Assembly (NCBI GenBank): GCA_951406725.2
Contig: OX597816.1
Coordinates: forward strand, 48,980,001 to 49,044,000
Direction: 5' to 3'
DNA: 64,000 nucleotides
Source: Octopus vulgaris
Taxonomy: Eukaryota
Positions 54,762 through 64,000 of the stretch are shown one piece after another; position 1 is the first letter of the stretch; each line of letters begins with the position of its first letter. Under the pieces are notes generated by a model that saw only the letters and a program-made list of their open reading frames with translations, did not search any database and was not told the DNA's origin. The position numbers and the translations under genes are program-made.

Positions 54762-55556
54762 ATTTCTTAATTTGGATTTGGAAACACTAAAAAGAAGGAA
54801 CTTTACCTATCAGCGAACTACTCGCTTCAGATGAACCACTCCAACTAACAGTGTCAACAAATTCAAAATGGGCAGGCGTAAAATTCTGCACTCCCCATTC
54901 CACCCACGTGGTCTATCTAGCAAACATTATATTTTAACCGCGAGAAACCGAGGCAGTATGACCGAGAGAAATGAATTATAATATCAACAATTGAGGGTAA
55001 AATTAATTAATTAATCAATTTCACCAAGTGTTCAGTATGTAAAAGGACCATTTAAGGCGAATTCAAAATATTACATTATATAATTAGGGCTTAGTAAAAT
55101 AAATTACTTTGCCACATACTGAACTTTATCTGAGAGAAATTTTCTTTAAGTAGTAGTAATGCTAATAAAATTTTTTTGGCTGCTATTTCTACTAAGTTCA
55201 GTATGTGGCAAAGTAATTTATTTTACTAAGCCTAATTATATAATGTAATATTTTGAATTCGCCTTAAATGGTCCTTTTACATACTGAACACTTGGTGAAA
55301 TTGATTAATTAATTAATTTTACCCTCAATTGTTGATATTATAATTCATTTCTCTCGGTCATACTGCCTCGGTTTCTCGCGGTTAAAATATAATGTTTGCT
55401 AGATAGACCACGTGGGTGGAATGGGGAGTGCAGAATTTTACGCCTGCCCATTTTGAATTTGTTGACACTGTTAGTTGGAGTGGTTCATCTGAAGCGAGTA
55501 GTTCGCTGATAGGTAAAGTTCCTTCTTTTAGTGTTTCCAAATCCAAATTAAGAAAT

Positions 55557-55619
55557 TTTGAGCTGACGAAAGAAATGCTGATTTCATTTGGCTAATCTTG
55601 AAACGTTGACGTACTCAAA
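55557..55619 (+). ncRNA. Type I hammerhead ribozyme
   Basis: TTTGAG-CTGACGA-AAGA(22 nt)TCTT-GAAA-CG ttga CG-TA^-CTCAAA. Predicted cut after 55613. Confidence 0.82.
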
Positions 55620-55952
55620 CGATCTATGTACTTGTGATATTTTTCTGTATTTACCCCCAAACCTTCGTGAGCTGTCTAGAGTAAACATTATCTGAGAGAA
55701 ATTTTCTTTAAGTAGTAGTAATGCTAAGAAAATTTTTTTTTGGCTGCTATTTCTACTAAGTTCAGTATGTGGCAAAGTAATTTATTTTACTAAGCCCTAA
55801 TTATATAATGTAATATTTTGAATTCGCCTTAAATGGTCCTTTTACATACTGAACACTTGGTGAAATTGATTAATTAATTAATTTTACCCTCAATTGTTGA
55901 TATATATATGTATATATATATATGTATATATATATATGTATATATATATATG

Positions 55953-55986
<34 letters not shown>

Positions 55987-56504
55987 TATGTATAGATGTA
56001 TACGTATTGTGAAGGCGCATGGCTCAGTAGTTAGAGCGTCGAGCTTACGACCGTGAAGTTGTGAGTTCGAATCCCGGACCGGGTTGCATGTTGTGTTCTT
56101 GAGCAAGACACTTTATTTCACGTTACTCCAGTTCACTCAGCTGTAGAAATGAGTTGCGACGTCACTGATGCCAAGCTGTATCGGCCCCTTTGCCTTTTCG
56201 TTGGATAACATCGGTGGCATGGAGAGGGGAGTCCGGTATGCATGGGCGACTGTTGTGTGTGTGTATGTATGTATATATATGTATGTATGATGAATGTCAG
56301 GTTATACAATCATTGAATTAGAGAATGAACTGGCTGAGTATTTCGCTGACACGTATACTCTTAACGTAATTCACAGCTAGAATCAGCATGATGCACAGTA
56401 AGGCAAAGATAGACCTTTGAATTAGAAGTACATTTTCCGTTTATCGAAATTCGCCAACGATATGTACCGGAGGTGCCAAGCTGTGAGAACGAATAAAGGA
56501 CATC

Positions 56505-56606
56505 ATGGCTGCGAAGCGAATTTCTAAATCAACCATTAATGGTTGCGAAGCGAATTTCTTCATCAACCATTCAAGGCTGCGAAGCGAATTTCTTAATCAA
56601 CCATTT
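56505..56606. repeat. 34-bp minisatellite x3
   Basis: a(t/a)gg(c/t)tgcgaagcgaatttct..atcaaccatt at 56505, 56539 and 56573. Confidence 0.9.
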
Positions 56607-58117
56607 CTGCACCTAGAATAATGTTATAGAGTAAAGGTGGTCTTCTGGATAGCGGTGCTAACACTAGTTTCTGATTAATACTTCAGTTCTGAAGTATTAA
56701 ACTGGTCATGCTTGAAAAAACCTTATATGTGTCATAGATTTCAAGTGTTTCTCTTCGGCTAACTAAGAATTTGAAAATAAAACGTAATGGAAGGAAATAC
56801 TTGCTTGTTGGCTGTGTGTAGATAACTGTGACCATAGACAAGAGATGATGTGAAGAGAAATGAAAGTACTGCAGCTATACGAAAGAGCCTAGACAAACCA
56901 TACTAAGAAGGCGCCTATGTGGTATTTCGATTTGCTAGAAATAGCAATCAAACCTTCTTCATATTGGTTTCAAATTTTGGTACAAGGCCAGCAATTTTAG
57001 GGAAGAAAAAAGTCATTTATATCGCCCCCAGTGCTCAACAGGTACTTATTTTATCGACCCCGAAAGCGCGAAAAGTCAAGTCAACTCCGGTCAAATTCGA
57101 ACTCAGAACGTAAAGATGGACGGAATGCTGCTAAGCATTGTGGCCATTATGCTAACGGTCTTACCAGCTCGCCGCCTTAAATCTTTCTCACATTAGACGA
57201 TATTGCCGTAAATACACAATGTATGAAAAACATATATAAAAGACGAAGACACAAATGATCAGAGTTTTCTTAGTCAGTTTAACATTAGCAACAGCAAAAA
57301 TTAGCAACGTTATGCGTTTAAACGGTTGACAGAGTGGGATGGAGGTACTAGTTTCGTTCTCAAACGATATATGGAATAGTTTGGAAAGATTTTAGGTTTA
57401 AACGCTTTTCTATGAACGAAAATTAGCCAGGGGCTTGATGATTTGACTAAGGAGGCCATCCTGCTTCTAGAGGTAAGCATCTGAAAGGATGTTCACCATA
57501 TTGTCATTGTGTTGTTTACAATAAGTATAATCAACAGCTTAAAATAATATACATAATTAAATATCATGTTTCTTTTATATTGTCGATCAAATAGTATTTT
57601 TGTCTGATATATGTATATATGCATAAAATGTATACGTACATTCATACAAAGTGTTAAAAGCTAACGTAAATGACCTTCGGAGCAGTAGTGAACTACTTAA
57701 TGAACACTCAGTGTCTGATGACCTGCTATTTGAACCCAGAAGTGTAGGACTAGCATACTTCAGCAAAAACTTGATAACACTTTGCATACCGAGAAAAATT
57801 TATGTATAGGTATGTTTCCAGTTGTGGAAGCGCGTGGCTTAGTGGTTAGGGTGTCAGCATCGTGATCGTATGATTGTGGTTTCGATTCCTGGAACGGGCG
57901 ACGCGTTGTGTTTTTGAGCAAAACACTTCATTTCACGTTTCTCCAGTTCACTCAGCTGGCAAAAAGGAGTAACGCTGCGATGAACTGGCGTCCCGTCCAG
58001 CTGGGGAACACATACGCCATTGAAACCGGGAAACTGGGCTCGTGAGCCTGGCTAGGCTTTTAAGGGGCACATTAATTAATTAATGTTTCCAGTAGACTTG
58101 AGGTATATGATATTATT

Positions 58118-58795
58118 GCTTTCAAAATTTGGCACAAGGCCAGAAATTTTGGAGTAAGGTGTATGTCGATTAGATCGACCATAGCGCTCAGTTTGTACTT
58201 ACTATATCGACTCTGAAAGGATGACAGACGTAGTCGACGTTGGAGGAATTTGAACTTAGAACGTAAGGACGAACGAAATGCCGATACGCATTTTGCTCTG
58301 CATGTAAACGATTCTGCCAGCTCACTGCCTTCAGAAGCATGATTATAGTGACTTCAAATTCTGTCTTAAGGCCAGTAATTTCGTAGGAAGCGATAAGGCG
58401 ATTACATCGACCCCAATATTCAACTGGTACTTATTCTATCGATTACGAAAGGAATGAAAGGCAAAGTCAACACCGGCGGAATTTGAACTCAACTTCAAGT
58501 CGAAGAAATGCCGCTAAGCATTTTTCCCGGCGCAGTAATGATACTACCAGCTCATCACCTCAAGGAATACGATAATAATGGTTTCAAATTTTGGCAGAAA
58601 GCCAGTAATTTCGGGGCAGGGACTAGGTAGATTACATTGACACCAATGCCAGCTGATATTTATTTCATCGACCCTGAAATGGATGAAAGACAAAATCGAC
58701 TTCGGCGGAATTTGAATTCAGAGCGTAAAGACGGATAAAATGCCGCTAAGCATTCTGCCCAGCATGCTAAAGATTCTACCATCTCACCGCCTTAA
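58118..58795 (-). mobile_element. Three diverged head-to-tail copies of a SINE-B relative (~230-bp period)
   Basis: ttcaaa(a)ttt..aaggccag...ggaatttgaactc...ccagctca..gcctt is repeated three times. Confidence 0.75.
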
Positions 58796-59337
58796 GGAAT
58801 ATGATAATATCAACACTAAGTGTAGCATCTCTTGGACTCGTGACCTATACATCATGTGCATATCGATTGCTTCTGCAATCCCAAAGCAGGAGATAACAAT
58901 AAAGTATCTAATGAGCATAAACCCTCAAACTCCCAAGATGCAACCATAAATGTCAATTATATCAATCTTCTGTGGCGGATGTAATATAGATAATCAGTAA
59001 CTGTCTCGAAATGTCATCGAGGTACTAACTCCCATTGCATGGTACAATGCCATTCGAATAATATACAGCCCACAGAAAAAGAAAAAAAAAAGAACCTGCC
59101 TATATAATATATACTCTTTTACTCTTTTACTTGTTTCAGTCATTTGACTGTGGCCATGCTGGAGCACCGCCTTTAGTCGAGCAAATCGATCCCAGGACTT
59201 ATTCTTTGGAATAGGCCTAGTACTTATTCTATCGGTCTCTTTTGCCGAACCACTAAGTTACGGGGACATAAACACACCGGCATCGGTTGTCAAGCGATGT
59301 TGGGGTGGGGGCAAACACAAACACACAAACGTATACA

Positions 59338-59379
<42 letters not shown>

Positions 59380-59380
59380 T

Positions 59381-59413
<33 letters not shown>

Positions 59414-60735
59414 ATAATAATAATAATAAGAGTAAATAATTTCTTTAATGGTTTTTAACAAACCAACAATTATTTACTGGTAGATTTCGGCATGTAAATA
59501 TAACCATTAACGGTAGGAACTTCTGTAAAGTTCAGTATATATATATTGTATATAAATAAAAGGGGCAGGCAACAGGTTGCTTGGCTGCATACCGAAACAA
59601 TTAGAAATGGCAGCCATAGACTGTTTATTTCTATTTTCTACAAATGGGACTCCACATACGACATATCCCTGTAATTCACATATGCAAAACAGAAGGAATA
59701 AATAACGAAAACAAAGTCTAATGGTCATTTGCGAACATGTTTCTAGATTAGAAATGTAATTTCATATCTTTCATCAGCGCAACTCTCCATAAAAATAGAT
59801 TTATCAAATGGTACGTACCTCATCCTTCTGACCAGGCGACATCAAAAGAGTGGAAGAAAGCGAGCATAGGCTAAACCTAAATAGACAGTTGAATTCGTCC
59901 AATTTTCCTTCTACCAAATCCATTCACAAGGCTTTGGTCGGCCCGAGGCTATAGCAGAAGACACTTTCCCAAGGTGCCACGCAGTGGGACTGAACCCGGA
60001 ACCATGTGGTTCGTAAGCAAGCTACTTATCACACAGCCACTCCTACGCCTATATAAGAATAAACGTCTTTGTTATTGAAGGAATACATTTATAACAACAG
60101 AACGAATATCATCAGAACATTCCAGTTAAAACTTCTACCAGGGCCTGATATAGTTATTTGGGGCTGAAAAGAAACAAATTATGCATAGTCATAGAAGATA
60201 ACTGCTCTAAGAATGTGTGTATCTTTTTCAAAATCAGCGAGAAGGAGGAATATTTATGGACAGTTATTTCGAAACCTGTAGCTTTAGCATGACACATTTA
60301 CATATACAGCAATAATTGTGGGTACATCAATTTTGTTATTAACTGTTTTGGCAACAATCTGGAAAAAAGCTGGGATTTTCGGAGAGGAGAAAGAAGCTGT
60401 TTAATATGCACTTTAAAAACACAATCTCTAACTGAAATATAAAAATTGGCAAGATTTCCCCTAAAGTTCAATACGTAATAATTACAATTGTTGTTACTCA
60501 AATTCCAGCGTTAGAGCTTTTTTTCCTTTATTAGAAACCAGCTCCGTTCCAGAAAAAAATTCTAGTATATGAGAAGGACTTACGTACCAACCAAACAGCC
60601 ACCCACATAGTATATTGCAAAGAATTGGATAAATCACATTACTTAAAAGTTTCAATGTGAGAAAAATACTGTTCGTTGTTCTGTTGTCAGTTTCTGAGTC
60701 ATATCCATCCATCCATCCGTTTATGCACATGCAGG

Positions 60736-60817
<82 letters not shown>

Positions 60818-60825
60818 TATATATG

Positions 60826-61415
60826 ATGGCCATTGCACGAAGCTTAACTGTTACTGGTGTTGTGATCGAATGTGACTTTTTAGCCCAGCTAAAGATCTAC
60901 AATGTCTTGTACAGAATTGGCAACTAAGACCTTTACTGGTAATAGCCGGCTGTAGTTGTAACTGGGCTTCATGTACCTTTGCATGTCGTTTAAGTCCTCC
61001 TGCCGAATTACACTCTCTTCCACATGCCCGACAGATATGATTAGTATGGTGTGTTACACCACCACCAGTGGCCAGGTTGTCACTCATCTGTCTCGTTTTA
61101 TGACTACGAAGATGACTCTTGAGTCCAGCTTTACTGAGGCAGGGTCTTGCATCAAAAGAAGACCCTTCCCTTCTGTAACAGCAATGCCCTTCCTGACATC
61201 CCTCCTTACTTTCTCATGTGCAACTCGAGATTTCTCAAAAGTGGCTGTCCCCTCATGCACAATCCTTCTCCACCTGCTACGATCTATAGCTATGCCTTCC
61301 CATGTGTCAGGAGAGATGCAAGCATCTCTTAAGGAAGCCTTCAGCAAGTCCTTATACCTCTTCATTGGTTTATGTGGAGGTCGTTCTCCTTTAGCTAACT
61401 CTCCATTAAATTGGT
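60826..61415 (-). mobile_element. RTE (BovB-like) LINE 3' end with zinc fingers
   Basis: GELAKGERPPHKPMKRYKDLLKASL...WEGIAIDRSRWRRIVHEG...FE, then CRACGREC...H and CQFC...H. Confidence 0.88.
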
Positions 61416-62064
61416 ATTCATACATACATACATACATACATACTCTTTTACTCTTTTCAGTCATTTGACTGTAGCCATGCTGGAGAACCGCCTTTAGTCG
61501 AGCAAATCGACCCCAGGACTTATTCTTTGTAAGACCTGTACTTATTCTACCCTATTCACTCACAAGCCTTTAGTCGGCCCAAGGCTATAGTAGAAGACAC
61601 GTGCCCAAGGTGCCACGCAGTGGGACTGAACCCAGAACCATGTGGTTGGTAAGCAAGCTACTTATCACACAGCTACTTACCACACTCCTACATACACACA
61701 TACATACATACATACATACATACATACATACATACATACATACATACAAAGAGCATGTATAGACATGCATATATGTAAGCATGTTTGCATACATACAAAA
61801 GTATATGTGTGTATTCAAAATAAATTGTGAATTATTAATTAATTTCAATTTCCTTTTCTTCATATCAGATTTCCAGAATACGTTACAAGTTTTGTATTGA
61901 AGAATTTGGTCCACGTATTAGCTTTGCTTTTTGGAAATCCAATCAGGTAAGAAGTGTTTGTTCTGTTAGTATTGTTATTGTCTGACTTCGATTGTACATG
62001 TTACTAGTTGCGAAAGCTATATTACATAAAAATTCAATTCCAACGTATGTGTATTTGTGTGTGT

Positions 62065-62098
<34 letters not shown>

Positions 62099-62504
62099 CA
62101 GTGAACCTGTGCACTGGGCAAAATGCTGAGCGGCATTTCGCCCGTCTACACATTCCGAGTTCATATTCCGCTGAGGTCAATTTTACCTTTCATCCTTTCA
62201 GGGTCTATAAAATAAGTAGCATTTAAACTCTGGTGTCGATGTAATTGATTTACTCCCATCCACGAAATCACAGGCCTTATGCCAAAATTTGAAACCAGTA
62301 CGTACGTACATACAAACATACATACATACATGTTTGTTCCTTCTCGAGCCATGCATGGCCCATTAGGGCCGGTTTCCCGGTTTCCTTGGCGTATAGGTTC
62401 CCCACCTGAACGGGATGCCGGTCCGTCGCAGGTGAGCTGCAAGATGCAGGAGGAAAGAGTGAGAGAAAGTTGTGGTGAAAGAGTCAGCAGAAGTTTGCCA
62501 TTAC

Positions 62505-62566
<62 letters not shown>

Positions 62567-62952
62567 AATAGACACACACTCACACACATACAATTTTTTT
62601 CAAAGTTTTATTTCTTACTGCTGAAGTTTTTTCTAAAAATTTTATACTTTGAAAAGACATACAGTTTATTGAACTTTCATTCTGTTGTACCACGTAGATA
62701 ACTGATATTCTCAGTGATAGATTCATGTTTAGCAACAACAAAAAGGAAACGACAATAAACACGAAATAATTATATATATAAATAGATATTTTGGGTTTAT
62801 AACAGTCATAGGCACAGGAGTGGCTTTGTGGTAAGTAGCTTACCAACCACATAGTTCCGGATTCAGTCCCACTGCGTGGCATCTTGGGCATGTGTCTTCT
62901 ACTATAGCCTCGGGTCGACCAAAGCCTTGTGAGTGTATTTGAAAGAAGCCCG

Positions 62953-63011
<59 letters not shown>

Positions 63012-64000
63012 ATATGTTTGTGTGTCAATGTTTGTCTCCCCAAACATTGCTTGACAACCGATGCTGGTGTGTTTAAGTCCCCGTAACTTAGCGGTTCGGC
63101 AAAATAAACCGATAGGATAAGTACTAGGCTTATTCCAAAGAATAATTCGCTCGACTAAAGGCAGTGCTCCATTATGGCCACAGTCTAATGACTGAAACAA
63201 GTAAAAGAGTAAAAGAGAATGAGTATTTACATTTCAGGGAGGCTAATGAGGGATACCTGATTATCTGGTGGGCTCTTTCCCGCAAAAATACCTCTTTGAT
63301 AGGACTCTGTCCCTTTACAAGACCAGAAGACAGTTTTCTCGTGCTTTGTCAAACTTCTCTCCTCGGATCTGCGTATAAGTATCTTTCACCGTTCTAATTA
63401 TGGATGGAGTGAAACGACATCAACTTTATATTACTATATAACCGTATCATTAACAAATGTTTTGGTAGCTTATAGTTCTAATTTCCATTGCTATAAATCT
63501 GAATTATAGTACAAGTATTAACCGCATTGTCCTAATTTCAATCGAAGTCATGACAGCAACGTCAAATGAAAATCAATGTTAGTGTATGACAGTTTAAACG
63601 GTGATGTCCTCCATGAATTCAGCTGAGCAAATAACTGAATACTGATACAATAGCATCACAATAGCATCGAATATTCGGAGATGTATATTTGCTTCAGTCT
63701 CTGTGCCAAATCAACTCCGGATATAATGTAAATTCCTTCTTAATTCCTGTGGGTCTTTTTAAGCAGATACTTAGCTTTGGCTTCATGGTATAAATCTGAT
63801 TTGAAGCAAACCTCCCTACTGCAGATAGAATTAGTCTGTCGCGGTTAACACTTAATTTCCAGATGATTTAACCAACATCCTTGAGAAGTGATAAAATTAA
63901 TTGGCGTAGGATAAAACACGAAACTCTTTACTACTAGTGATGCGATAGTTCAATGATGTATTTTGTGTGTACGAACGCCCGAGAAGATATTGTATTCAAT

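Larger units (their letters stand above)
54513..55900. mobile_element. ~565-bp non-coding unit in direct plus inverted arrangement (pLTR / retrozyme-like), with a hammerhead in each full unit
   Basis: 54513-55125 is the near-perfect reverse complement of about 55190-55803. The unit start taattagggcttagtaaaat recurs at 54516 and 55081. (TA)n lies on both flanks. Confidence 0.88.

Noticed and set aside
56505-56606. CRISPR-like 34-bp repeats
   Set aside because: There are no spacers or cas genes, and the context is eukaryotic.
57640-57810. ~55-codon open frame (HSYKVLKANVNDLRSS...) as a possible INTU exon
   Set aside because: No convincing splice sites and no resemblance to INTU.

Overview
AT-rich, microsatellite- and SINE-dense eukaryotic genomic DNA. 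The repeat landscape resembles an octopus or other coleoid cephalopod (inference, not a database match). Nearly all ORFs in the track are artefacts of (TA)n/(CA)n/(GATA)n repeats and SINEs. One host gene is well supported: the 5' part of an inturned (INTU) homologue on the + strand. It has phase-compatible GT-AG exons at 25097-25569, 32362-32447, 35642-35848, 40616-40725 and 47542-47631, a probable first exon at 18391-18443, and a candidate next exon at 48175 with an in-frame TGA. Mobile DNA comprises three SINE families, CR1/Jockey-like and RTE LINE fragments, nested mariner relics, non-autonomous Helitrons and a Penelope-like (RT-thumb + GIY-YIG) fragment. An intron-bearing tRNA-Leu pseudogene is also present. 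The most notable signal is a set of type I hammerhead ribozymes foldable by eye at 10137-10249, 10639-10745, 24713-24752, 54699-54761 and 55557-55619, with decayed copies at 41903-41942 and 52734-52772. Most of the intact ones lie in ~500-565 bp tandem or inverted non-coding units inserted in (TA)n, consistent with a retrozyme / Penelope pLTR-like system that could yield self-cleaved and possibly circular RNAs. Other oddities are an 86-bp minisatellite built from the PDZ exon's own splice acceptor, a CpG-decay domain that ends where INTU homology ends, multiplied target-site duplications and many local inverted duplications. Bases 1-1917 duplicate 3762-5676 across a 100-N gap, probably an assembly artefact.
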